Of a stretch of DNA of 64,000 nt, positions 50,585 through 62,455 are shown piece by piece. Source of the DNA: Euglena gracilis (taxonomy: Eukaryota); NCBI GenBank assembly GCA_039621445.1, contig CP154954.1, positions 11,836,716 through 11,900,715 of the forward strand, in the 5' to 3' direction. The position numbers and the translations under genes were made by a program. The notes beneath the pieces were generated by a model. That model was not told the origin of the DNA. It ran no database searches and saw only the letters and a program-made list of their open reading frames with translations. The first letter of the stretch is position 1. The number at the start of each line of letters is the position of its first letter.

Positions 50585-53500
50585 GTCTCTCTGTCTCTCT
50601 ATATATATCTATCTCTATATATATCTCTATATATATATATATATATATATATCTTATATATATATTATCTATATATATATATATATATATATAAATAGCA
50701 AAAGGTTTTGGCTGGCCCAGTTTTATATATTAATGTATGTATGTATGTATGTATGTATATATATATATATATGTATATATATGCATATATATATGTTAAA
50801 TATATTCTTTCTCTTCTTTCTCTCTTAGTGTCCATTTTTTTTCGACATATCACAGGGCCGAGAAGTGAAAGCCCCTGGAGGGGTTCAATTTACATTGGCC
50901 CAAAGCACACAGTCCCGGAAGGATAAATACCAGAAGTGTTTGGCAAGTTGACCACCGAGGCAAGTCTGTGGAGATGCACCACGAGGCTCTGAGCGAGGAT
51001 ATCCCTGGCACAACCTTGGCTTCAACGCGCAGAACGTGTCTGTCAAGGATATTCCCCATATGGTTATGTGGCCTCGAACGCCAAGAACGATCCCGCCAAG
51101 GAAGCTGCTGACTTAACTGCCCAGGTAAGCCTCTCTTCAATGTTTTTCTGTCTGGCTTCAAAAATACTTCTGTTTTGTGCCATTATGTGGACAAAACGGC
51201 AATTTTTTTCCTTTTCACATTCACATTTCTTCAGGTCATCATTCTGAACCGTCAGATTGGCAACGGCCATGCAATTGTCCTGGCATTACCTGTTTGTTGG
51301 TCAAGGAGTTGCGGTCTGAAGTTGATTTAAACAACTCAGCGAACTGCAGTTGCTTCTCACAAGGTCTTTGTTCTGTTTTCGGTGTTCTTGGGTCAAAAAA
51401 AGTGAGTGACTGAAAGTTGCAGACCAAAGTTGCGGTTTTTGGATTTTTTTTGGATTTTTTCATCCCCAATTTTTTCCCCCTCCCACTACCAGTTGGCTGG
51501 GCGTCTGTTTCACAAGTAATGAAACAGTGCGAGTTTTGAAGCATGGGGAAAAAGACAGAAAAAAAACGTACAATTGTTGGAAGAATCTCAATTGAAATAT
51601 AAATTACAAGTATTTTAATAAATTTATAAATTTGACAATAAGTTTTCTCAGGAAATTTAATATATTTTTGTGAATGACATTTTGTCATCATAGAAATTCT
51701 ATATGTTTGCAGTAGGGAAATTAAATAGTGGGATTGTCCAGGGAAATTAAATACTGAGGCACCCCAAAAAATGCTAATCCCCTGGAGACCATCTGCGAGT
51801 TGCAAAGGCCTTTCAAATTGTTGCAATATCAGGAGGCTTCAATGTGCGGCATGTACAAGGTGTCCAGTACCATCCAACGGATGGCCTAGGGCCATGGGGG
51901 ACTGTGAGGAACGGGTGGGACCACCATGAGCGTCGAGCACAGCAGCAAGGTGGCTGGGCATCGACGCATATAAAACTCGAATTTGTTCGGGAGAAATGTC
52001 AGCAAAAGCACGCTGCAGAGCTGCTTTTGCTGACATTTTCATGTCATTGTATGACCAACGTCTGTCCCGCAGGATGCTTCGCCTGAGCGCACCTGCCCAC
52101 ATCATGGCTGGCACTTCGTTTAAGCCGGCGTTTGAGACGCCGGGCTCAGGACAGAACCGGCGTCCCCCCCCACGGGCTTCCGGACGCCGGTTCTGTCCTA
52201 AAGCCCGGCGTTAGGAACGCCGGCTTTGTCCAAAGCCCAGCGTCTGATTTTCATTCCTAAAAATGTCACCAAAAGTGCCCAAAAGTGGCCCTAAGGTGCT
52301 GGTATGAGTGTTTCAACCATCAAGGACAATGAATTTTGCCATTTGGGGACCACTAGGGTGGATATCCAAATTTGGTGAAAATTGGCCCAGATTTTGAAAT
52401 AGAGTACCGTGCAGCGTGGAAAGATCTGATGAGCACCGCTGGTCGTCTGTTGAAAAGAGCTTTCGATTGAGGGGTAACTTGGTACCCTCAACGTTGCACG
52501 CAGCCCGAGATACGCTCGCGATCGTCGGATCGGCCAGAATCTTAGTCGAAATTTGTCGCAATTTTCAGTGATTTTTGGTTTAAGATGCTTAATAAACCTT
52601 GCAGAAACGTTTTTCCTCTTCGAATCAACGACCTGAGGGCCTTGGGGGGGCACCAGAGTTGTGAAATTAGGATTCCCCACTGACAGAAAATAAGAGCTCC
52701 AGGCGACGTGGCTGAATTTGGTGGTGATCGCCAGTCGTCTGATGAAAAGAGCTTTCGATCGAGGGGTGATTTTATACTTGGACGATTGACACAGCCAGAA
52801 ATACCCTCGCGATCGCCAGAATTTGGTGAAGTGCATAGGGCTGTTTCGATTAATTGATTAACCGTTCGTCATCGCCGATTAATCGAATCGTTCGGCCCAT
52901 GGCGATTAATCGTTCATTTTGGATGTAAACCACAATAGGCACAATTTTTGTTGAAATCAACAAAAATTCGTGGGGTGGTCATTCAGATAGCACACTGCTT
53001 GCTGGTACACCATGAAAACGGTTGTTAAAAGTGGCCAACGAGTCAGCGAACGTGTCCGTGAAACATCGCGCAATTCTAATTAAGATAAAGCAGTTCCTAA
53101 TAAGCTCCGTTCTGCCATGTCGACAGAGAATGAAACAGAAATTCGTCTGGTGGGCACACAAAGAAATGATCTATGTTCGATATCAGTATTTCTCAGGAAG
53201 ATTACATTTTCAAATATCTGATGGGACCAATTAATCGTTAATCGTCCGAGACACCCCGATTAATCGCGATTAATCGTTCGCCAGCCCGAAACGATTAATT
53301 GGTACAACCCTAAAGTGCAAAGTGGTGTGACATTGCATATCAGTGGTCGGAGATTGGTACTGGGAGTGTCCTTTGGCCGAAGGTTGGGGACGCCGGTTCT
53401 GTCCTGAGCCCGGACTTCGGACGGAACCGGCGTTTGGAACGCCGGGCTTTGGACAGAACCGGCGTCCGACACCTCTTTTTTGTAGTAAAAACGAAATCAA

Positions 53501-56500
53501 AAAAACATTTTTTTTTAAAAAAACGTTATTGAGGGTCCAGGCAGGGTTTGATATAAGGAGGGCGTACATGGTTTAGGTGGGGGGTGTCCCCCCCACCCCC
53601 CCCCTCCTGGCCCGCAGGGGGGGGTCCGGACCACCCCCCCCCCGGCTCCGTGCGGATGATTGGCTACGACGATCCCGGAGGTCGTACCGACCATGGTCGG
53701 GCCGACCGTTGGCTATGGCCTATCGACCATTGGAGGTCGGGCCGACCTGGTCGGCCCGACCTCCAATCATCCGCATTACCCCCCCCCTTTTTGATTTTTA
53801 AGCCCCCCCCCCCCGGAAACTTGAAGCAGTATTCAGTAAAATTTGACTCAAAATGCATGGAAAACATTAGAATGAGCTTGAAACGCCCTTTGTGCTAACT
53901 TAGTCGGCCTACGGCCTCCTCCGGGGGGGGGGGGGGGGCTGCCGCCCCCCCCGGACCCCCCCCGCCCAAAATAACAATATCCCCTTGTGTGTGCAAGGCA
54001 AGGGTGGACAAAACGCGCATCCTAACAAACTCCTTTTGTGCTAACTTAGTCGGCCTACGGCCTCCTCCGGGGGGGGCTGCCGCCCCCCCGGACCCCCCCC
54101 CCAGAATAATAATATCCCTTTGTGTGTGCAAGGCAAGGGTGGACAAAACGCGCCCCCCAACAAACTCCCTTTGTGCTAACTTAGTCGGCCTACGGCCTCC
54201 TCCGGGGGGGGGGCTGCCGCCCCCCCCGGACCCCCCCCCGCGCCCAAAATAACAATATCCCCTTGTGTGTGCAACGCAAGGGGGGACAAAACGCGCCCCC
54301 CAACAAACTCCCTTTGTGCTAACTTAGCCGGCCTACGGCCTCCTCCAGGGGGGGGCTGCCGCCCCCCCCCGGACCCCCCCCCCGCCCAAAATAACAATGT
54401 CCCCTTGTGTGTGCAAGGCAAGGGTGGACAAAACGCGCCCCCCAACAAAACTCCCTTTGTGCTAACTTAGTCGGCCTACGGCCTCCTCCGTGGGGGGGGG
54501 GCTGCCGCCCCCCCCCGGACCCCCCCCCGCCCAAAAGAACAATATCTCCTTGTGTGTGCAAGGCAAGGGTGGACAAAACGCGCATCCTAACAAAATCCTT
54601 TTGTGTGTGCAAGGCAAGGATGGCCAAAACGCGCCCCCCAACAAACTCCCTTTGTGCTAACTTAGTCGGCCTACACCCCCCGCCCAAAATAACCTAACTG
54701 TATCCCTAACCCTAACCCTAATCCCCAGCCCTAACCGTGTCACTGAATCTAACCCTAGCCCTGACCCTGACCCTAACCGTATCCCTAACCCTAACTCTAA
54801 CCCTGACCCTAACCCTGACCGCAACCCTAATCCTAACCCTAATCCCCAGCCCTAACCGTATCCCTAACCCTAACTCTAACCCTAGCCCTAACCCTAACTC
54901 TACCCCTAACCCGAACTCTAACCCTAGCCCTGACCCTAACCCCAACCGTATCAACTCTAACCCTGACCCTAACCGTATCCCCAACCCTAACCCTAATCCC
55001 CAGCCCTAACCGTATCCCTAACCCTAACTCTAACCCGAACCCGGACCCTATCCGTATCCCTAACCCTAACCCTAACTGCAACCGTAAACCTAACCGTATC
55101 CCCAACCCAAACTCAAACCGTATCCGTGGCCCGAACTCTAACCCTAACCGTATCCCTAACCCTAACAATAACCGTAACACTGACCGTATCCCTAACCCTA
55201 ACCCTAATCCCCAGCCCTAACCGTATCCCTAACCCTAACCCCATCCCTAACCCTAACCGTATCCCTAACTCTAACCCTAACCCTAACTGAAACCCTAACT
55301 GTATCCCTAACCCTAACTCTAACCCTAGCCCTAACCCTAACCGTATCCCTAACCCTAACCCTAACCTGAACCCTATCCGTATCCCTAACCCTAATCGCAT
55401 CCCCAACCCAGACTCAAACCGTATCCCTAACCCTAACAATAACCGTAACACTGGCCGCATCCCTGACCCTAACCCTAATCCCCAGCCCTAACCGTATCCC
55501 TAACCCTAACCCTAACCCTAACCGTATCCCTAACCCTAACCCTAACTGCATCCCTAACCCTAACCGTATCCCCAACCCAAACTCAAACCGTATCCCTGGC
55601 CCGAACTCTAACCCTAACCGTATCCCTAACCCTAACAATAACCGTAACACTGACCGTATCCCTAACCCGAACCCTAATCCCCAGCCCTAACCGTATCCCT
55701 AACCCTAACTCTAACCCTATCCCTAACCCTAACCGTATCCCTAACTCTAACCCTAACCGAAACCCTAACCCTAACTCTAACCCTAACTCTAACCGTATCC
55801 CTAACCCTAACTCTAACCCTAGCCCTAACCCTAACCGTATCCCTAACCCTAACCCTTATCCCCAGCCCTAACCCTATCCGTTTCCCTAACCCTAACCCTA
55901 ATTGTATCCCTAACCCTAACCATAACTGTATCCCTAACGCTAACTCTAATCGAATTTTTCAAAAATGGGACGTTTTTTGCCGGTTTGGAGGTCATTCCAA
56001 TGTGTTTTTATGCATTTTCAGCCAAATTAAGAGAATAAAAATTTGAGGGGGGGGGGCTTAAATTTCAAAAAAGGGGGGGGGGGTAATGCGGTTGATTGGA
56101 GGTCGGGCCGACCTGGTCGGCCCGACCTCCAGTGGTCGATAACGGCCAGGTCGGGCCGACCATGGTCGGGCCGACCATAAATCGGGCCGACCATGGTCGG
56201 TACGACCTCCGGGATCGTCATAGCCAATCATCCGCCCGGCCCCCCCCCCCCCACCTGCCAGGGGGGGTCCAGACCGACCCTCGTTCCCGGGACCCCCCCA
56301 AAAAGGGTCAATTTTTTCCTCCGGCGCTTTGCGCCGAAAATTTTTTTGCATTTTTGGCACATTTTTGCCCAAAAAGTGCCCAAAATGGCACTTTTGGTCG
56401 TTTTGGGGGGTCAAAAATTTTCGGCCACCCTGACCGCGCACCTGTTTAGGTGGGGGGTGTCCCCCCCCCCCACCCCCCCCCTCCTGGTCCCGCAGGGGGG

Positions 56501-59500
56501 GGGGGGTCCGGACCCCCCCCCCGCAGGGGGGGGGTCCGGACCACCCCCCCCACCTGTCCTTATATCGAACCCTGGGTCCAGGGCAAAAAAAATTTTGCTT
56601 TTAATTTTAGCTTTTTTTGCCCGTCCTCGGTCAGAGAAAGGCACCAAAAAGCATAGTTAAATTTTGCCTTTTGTTCCCGCGCTCTGTCAAAAAAGGACCT
56701 AGTTTGGAATGGTTTCAAGCCAAAATGGCAGAAAAATGCCCTATTTTGACCATTCTTGTTGAAGACAACCAAAAGTATTGGTTCTTTGCATGGACCAGGA
56801 CCAGGACCCGGGGTGACAAAAGATTTTACCATGCCCCCATATAAGACCCCCCCTCGGGAGCCAAAATCCCAGGGGGTCTTATCCCAGGGGGGGGGGTCCC
56901 TGGGATTTTGGCTCCCGAGGGGGGGGGCCTTACATGGGGGGGTCGGTTCCGGCCAAAGGGCCGGCCTTCGGCCGGCCAGGGGGGGGGGTCTTTTATGGGG
57001 GGCATGAAACCCCCAAAACAGGCCGAAACCCCCCCTTTTGGGGTCCACCGTCAAAAAATTTGACTAAATATCTTTGACTAATCAGAAGGAAGCCAGAGGG
57101 GCGGCACGGGTGCAGAGGGGGGTGACAAAAACTTTTTGAAACCTGGTCAAACACCCCACCGTCAAAAAATTTTACTGATTGAAAAATTTTTGACTTCAAG
57201 TCTGGGCACGGGTGCGCGGGGTGACAAAAAAAAACCTGGCCAAAGCCCCACCGTCAAAAAAATTTGACTGACTGAAAAAAAAATTGGATCCAAGTGGAAG
57301 AAATAAAAAGTGGGAAGGAAGCTGGTACTCTATTTTGAAAACAGAGGCAATTTTCACCAAAATTGGATATCCACCCCAGTTGTCCCCAAATGGCGAATTT
57401 CATTGTCTGACATGGTTAGAACAGTCATCTCGGGACCTTAGGGCCCATTTTTGGGCACTTTTGATGACATTTTTAGGAATGACAAAACCGGCGTCAAGGG
57501 GGTCACGGGGGGAACACCCTCGTACAACCTGTGGTCCAAGTAGCCATCACATCTCACCCAAAGCTGGCCACCACCTGTGGCCTGAAACTGGCCAGCGCAT
57601 CTGGCCCAAAACTGGCAAGCACATCTGGCCCAAAACTGGCCAGCATATCTGGCCCAAAACTGGCCAACACCTGTGCCCATGCACATCCAAGCACATCCAG
57701 CGATTATTGTGGGTTTTTTTTTGTTTTAAAAATGAACAAAAAACGTTTTTTTTAAAAAAAACCAAAAAACTAAATCTCTTTGCATCAGACGACTGATGAT
57801 GACCAAATTCAACCACGCCGCCTGGTGCTCTTATTATTAGTGCTGCCCTGGCGGCGCGAATGTCAGTAGGATTTGGGGAGGGCCCCCGAATCCACAGACG
57901 AGCAGTTAACGCTACAGGGAAAACTTTGGAAGAATTTTTTGAGGTATCTCAAATCGTTCAGTTTCCGGACGGGAATGCCCCCCAGCTTCGTGGAGGCTCA
58001 AATCTGCTCCGTACTTTTTTTGCCTTTTTTTTGGGAAAAAAAGCAGGTTTTTTGTTTTCTTTTTCAAAAAAACAACAGCAAAAACGTCAACCCTGTCATG
58101 GTCAGTTGGTGGGGGGAGGGGGGAGAGGCAGGGCAGAACGGGAATCGGCCGAACAGCCAGGGTGGGTGGGGGAGGCACCCCCTGCATGGTGGGTGGGGGG
58201 GGTCGACCCCCCCCCCCACCACCTCTTCCCGTATTTCCGGGAGCACCAATTTTTGGACCCGAGAAAATTTTCCGGCGCCTTCGGCGCCAGGTGTTTTTTT
58301 AACCCAACTTGGATCCCATATGGGAGGTCCCCCCAAAAAACTCCTCGAACCCCCATTTTTTCGCAATTCCAAAAATTGAACATTTTCTCAAAATTTTGAT
58401 TTTGAGAGGTTTTTGAAGCAAAAAAAGCTATTGAAAGTCCCAAAAAAATCAAAGAGAAAAATGTCAGTAAAAATTGATTGTGCCAAAATTTGGTTCACTT
58501 TTTTTGTCATTCGTTTTTTTTCACCCACCTCCTAAAAATTACCAATTTTTAACCCTGAAATTTTTGGTTTTTTTTGTGAAAAAATGTGGTTTTTTTATCA
58601 ATAATTCATGTGTTTTGGTTTTATTTTTTAAAAAATTTTCAAAAAATTTCCGGCCATTTTCTCTGTTTTCCCCAAATCGGTGAAAATGCTGTGGTGGGTG
58701 GGGTGGCCGACCCCACACCTCCCGGGTTGGGGGGTCGACCCCCCCCCCCACCAGGCCTTCCCGTAATGCCCTGGGGAGGCGAGAAAAGTGCCTTAATCCC
58801 CATCCCCTGGCCTTCAAAAAAAGCCTTTTGGGGAGGTCAGTTTGGGGGTTCAGAAATTTTGTGCGCAAGGGCTTATGGGGATAGCGATACAGGTCAGGAT
58901 TTCAGGCCTCTTGTCACACAGTTTGTGAAATTACCCGCCCCCCTTGTCGTACGACCACCCTTCATTTACGACCACCCCCCCCCCGTCACAGGATGCAGGT
59001 CATGGGGGTGTTATGACCACCCCCCCTGGTCGCAGGTTGCAGGTTGCGAAATTTTTAACACCACCTTACCTACGACCGCCCCCTCATTTACGACCACCCC
59101 CTGGCCGCAGGTTGCAGGTTCAGGTTGGTCAAATTCAGCCTGTTCTGTGTCCCAATGGTCAAGGGGTTGTTGCTCAGAAAGGGCCTGGCCAGGTGTTCAT
59201 CATTATCGTCCCTGCCTCCTCCATCACCTCTTATTCTGTCTTCATTGCGTATGCCGAAATGACATGCCTTGCCAGGAGTATTTTCCCAGTGAAGGGCTAC
59301 TCTTATGGGTTCATCCTGCTTGTGTTCTCCTCTGCCCTTTCGCTTGGAGCCACTGTGACCGGCTTTTTGGGCATCAGGGATCAGGGATTTGGACAGCGTT
59401 AAGGTGCTGCATGGCCTTTTTTTGTGTTGTTGTGTTTTTTTTAAAATTCAAAACTCAAAAATTCAACAATTTGCATTTCCATTTTTTCAAAAGGCAGCTG

Positions 59501-60141
59501 AAATAAGTTTTTAGTTTTAAAAATCGAGCTCACTACCCCCCCCCCTAGTCGTACGACCACCCCTCATTTATGACCACCCCCCCGTCACAGGTTGCAGGTC
59601 ATGGGGGTGTTATGACCACCCCCCCCGGTCACAGGTTGCAGGTTGCGAAAAATTTAACCCCCCAAAATAATTCCCCCCCCTGGCCGGTCCGAGCAAAAAT
59701 CCATGAAATGGACCCCCCCAAAATAAGGTCCCCCCTGCCGGCGCGAAGCGCCGGATTTTTGAAAAATGGGACATTTTGGGGGGGTAAATCTGCCATTTTG
59801 GGACAGTTTTCACACACTTCTACGACCGCCCCCTCATTTATGACCACCCCCCGGTCACAGGTTGCAGGTCATGGGGGTGTTATGACCACCCCCCCCCCCC
59901 GGTCACAGGTTGCAGGAACCCGGTCATACGACTAGGGGGGGGGTAATTACCAGTTGTCCAGCACCCTGTTGCCAAGCTGAAGAATTACCAGGTGCTTGAT
60001 CTCGATGCGAAGGAGGAGGAGTTCTACGTGCCTTCTCAAATGGAGGTCCCAATTGACGGGGTGTATGCGGGGTACGAGTACAACCCATATGCTGCCCCGA
60101 CCCCCATTCCGACCACCAACTCTCCGCTGTTTCTCTATTGA
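45874..60141 (+). CDS. Amastin/claudin-like four-TM membrane protein, 262 aa, 4 exons
   Basis: Exons 45874-46235, 48301-48373, 59193-59378 and 59974-60141 total 789 nt in frame: [11 protein letters not shown]...[11 protein letters not shown]...C...C...[70 protein letters not shown]...[34 protein letters not shown]...PLFLY*. All three introns have complementary ends. Confidence 0.88.
46675..46850 (+). repeat. Degenerate telomere-like (CCCTAA)n tract (intronic)
   Basis: Directly visible. Confidence 0.85.
49497..49930 (+). mobile_element. 3' fragment of a second CRE-like family copy
   Basis: [19 protein letters not shown]...[15 protein letters not shown] matches the end of ORF 44224-45645; the 3' UTR shares CGACACAAACACGCC..GTGGCAA. 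Confidence 0.8.
49931..50800. repeat. Compound (GA)n/(TC)n/(TA)n microsatellite
   Basis: Directly visible. Confidence 0.95.
51905..52122 (-). pseudogene. Tc1/mariner transposase C-terminal fragment
   Basis: [15 protein letters not shown]...[36 protein letters not shown] fits the Tc1 C-terminal pattern (L..SMP.RL.AV+.A.GG.T). Confidence 0.7.
52836..53312. mobile_element. Non-autonomous TIR element (TAGGG...CCCTA) with subterminal TTAATCG repeats
   Basis: TAGGGCTGTTTCGATTAAT / ATTAATTGGTACAACCCTA; AAGTGCA is present on both flanks. Confidence 0.6.
53886..54692. repeat. ~120-bp tandem satellite, ~6-7 units
   Basis: Repeated TTTGTGCTAACTTAGTCGGCCTACGGCCTCCTCC...GTGTGCAAGGCAAGGGTGGACAAAACGCG. 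Confidence 0.9.
54693..55950 (+). repeat. Interstitial degenerate telomere-like array (CCCTAA with CCGTAT variants)
   Basis: Directly visible; higher-order duplications occur within the array. Confidence 0.93.
57558..57680. repeat. 24-bp minisatellite (ATCTGGCCCAAAACTGGCCAGCAC) x~5
   Basis: Directly visible. Confidence 0.9.
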
Positions 60142-61994
60142 GCAAGCTCTCCAGCCTGCTGCTCTACCGCGTGCCTGACCAAGTCGCAGTGATGTATCCT
60201 GTGACGGAGGAGTTTCTCATGTTTTATGCTCACGCAACACAAAGGTTTCCTTCATGCCAAATTGCCGATGGTGGGTGGGTCCCCCCCCCCGGATGCAGGT
60301 CCCCGGATGGTTTGAAGGTTGGAACCGTATCATGGGAGGTTGGTTTGCGGGAGGTTGGTGCTGCGGCCAGCTGACACCCAACCAAAACAGGGATTTGGTT
60401 GGGCCGCAGCCGGCCGCGGGTGCCAGCAAATGTGGAATCCTAAGTTTTGGTTACCTCAGCCTCCGCAGCCCGGCCCCGTTCCCGGATTTTTTTTTTCAGT
60501 CGCGAGCGACTGTTCTAATTTCCGAGTCACCTGGGTTTGACCCCCAACTCCCCACCAGGCTTAAGTTATTCACGCGCGAAGGGGTCCAAACTGGGTAGGG
60601 TATACCTGCCCCCTGGATGAACCCCCCCCCTTTTGGACTCTGCCATTTCGGGCCCAAAAATCGATATTTTGAAAATATCTCGAAAATGATGCAAAATCAG
60701 AGGAAATGTCCGGAGACCTACATTGAAGCCCTTGGAACGCCCCATCTAATGGTATTTTGATTCCCCCGCAACTCCCCGCCTAGCCCAAGGTACGGCCGTT
60801 GTTCGGCTTTTTTTGGACATTTTGTACACTTTTTCCACTGTCAGTCTCGGCCGTTTTCGGACAAAAAGAGTCGAAAAATCCCAAAAAAAAATCGAAAAAC
60901 AATATTGGCCCAAAATTGGCCCAAAATCATGTTTTTTTGGCCTCCCGGACCCGGAAAAAGTGTTTTCCCGCCGAAAAAGAGCGTTTTTCCACCCCCCCCC
61001 GGCTCCCCGTTTCGGGTCCGAAACCAATGGACTTTGGGTCATTTTCGGGTCAAAACAGTCGAAAAAAATCATTTTTTTTGCCCAAAACCATTTTTTTTGG
61101 CTTCCCAGACCCGGAAAAAGTGTTTTCGAGCCAAAAAGGAGCGTTTTTCGACCCCCTTTCACCCAGCTTTGGTCCTGAATCCCTTACATTTTAATCGAAA
61201 AACGTCTATTCAAGGAGCCGGTTTATGTAGGGCATCAACGATGGGGGTTGGCAAATTACGAGCTCAGCACTATTCAAAACCTGGTCCCCCACCCTCTGGG
61301 GGGGGTAAGGTGGTGGGGGGGGTGGCCCCCACCCCCACCCCCCTTGTTTCGGAAGGGGGTCCCCCCCCCCCATCCTCTGCGGGAGCAAAACAAAATTCTT
61401 CTGGCGCTTCGTGCCGGGTGTGCCTTTTAGGACCCTCTTGAGGCTCAATATGAAATTTTGGCCAAATGGCAGAATTGGCCGAAAAATGACCATAACTCGA
61501 GCCAGGCGGGGAGTTGCGGGGGAATCAAAATACTGTTAGATAGGGCATATTAAGGGCTTCAATTTTGGGATCTGGACATTTCTTTTGATTCCCCACCATT
61601 TTGAGAAATTTCAGAAAAATTGATTTTCTGCCCCCCAAAAAAATGGCCGAAATTTTCAGCGACCGAAAACTGGAGGAACCCCTCCCTTTGTCCAACGACC
61701 ACCCCTTTACAATGACCTCCAAAAATGCCCGTTTTTGGCCATTTTTGGAATTTTTGGAACAAAATCAGCCAAAAACCTGTTAAAAACCTCATTTTTCCCG
61801 TCTGGGGGACCTCCGGACCCCCCCCCCCCCCCGGGGGGAGGGGGTCTTGCTAGTCCACTTTTTCTAGTGTCCAGCCGATTGGCTAGCCAGTACCCCCCCC
61901 CCCCCGGGGTCCTTAAGCAAATGCCTGCCCCCTCCCCGAGTCCTGAGTGAAGGGGTGTCCCATTTGGTTGGTGGGTGGTGGGGCTGGTTTTCCC

Positions 61995-62455
61995 CAGGGG
62001 ATTTCTTAAGCTGGAGGGCACCTTCCCTGGGGGGTCCAGCCAGCCAGCAGCTCAAATCCAGCCAGCAGCCTAAATCGGGGCTGGGAGCCCCCCTCCCCCC
62101 CCCCGGGTCAAGTTGGGTACAGGCCGGCCGGAGGCCAGCCAACTGGGCTGCCGAGCTCACCTATGACCTATGGACCAGGCATGAGTCAGCAAGTAGGCTG
62201 TTCCTCGTCCCGATCCAGCCTTGATCCAGCTCCATAGGTTGATCTAGCTCCATCCATCAAGATGTCGAGAAGGCAAAAAATGTTTCAAAAAAATTTGTTT
62301 TTCATCGACCTGGCCCAGCCCCCCCCCCCAGCCCCGGACCCCCATTCCCTCCCCCCCCCCCGTGGGGGGGGTCCAGGCAGCAGCTCATTTCCAGCCATCA
62401 GCCTTTTTTCCAGCCAGAGGCTGGACCCCCCGGGGGGTCCTTAAGAAATCCCTTG
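61995..62455. mobile_element. hAT-like MITE (TIR CAGGGGATTTCTTAAG); relatives begin near 13279, 16247 and 46901
   Basis: CAGGGGATTTCTTAAG / CTTAAGAAATCCCTTG; the flanks GTTTTCCC and GTCCTCCC match at 6 of 8 positions. Confidence 0.55.

Larger units (their letters stand above)
53542..56574. mobile_element. hAT-like non-autonomous element with a nested foldback element
   Basis: TIR CAGGGTTTGATATAAGGA / TCCTTATATCGAACCCTG with a perfect 8-bp TSD GGTCCAGG (53534-53541 and 56575-56582). Inner inverted repeats at ~53652-53870 and ~55990-56236. Confidence 0.85.

Noticed and set aside
49733-50853. L/S/Y/I-rich hydrophobic ORFs
   Set aside because: Translations of GA/TC/TA microsatellites
50840-51400. 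Possible transposase fragment
   Set aside because: Coding-like composition but no motif I could identify
53886-54692. Regularly spaced repeats resembling a CRISPR array (also 30745-31110 and 20758-20848)
   Set aside because: Whole units repeat with no unique spacers, no cas genes are present and the context is a eukaryotic intron
54693-55950. True chromosome telomere
   Set aside because: Degenerate, internal, flanked by inverted repeats and located inside an intron
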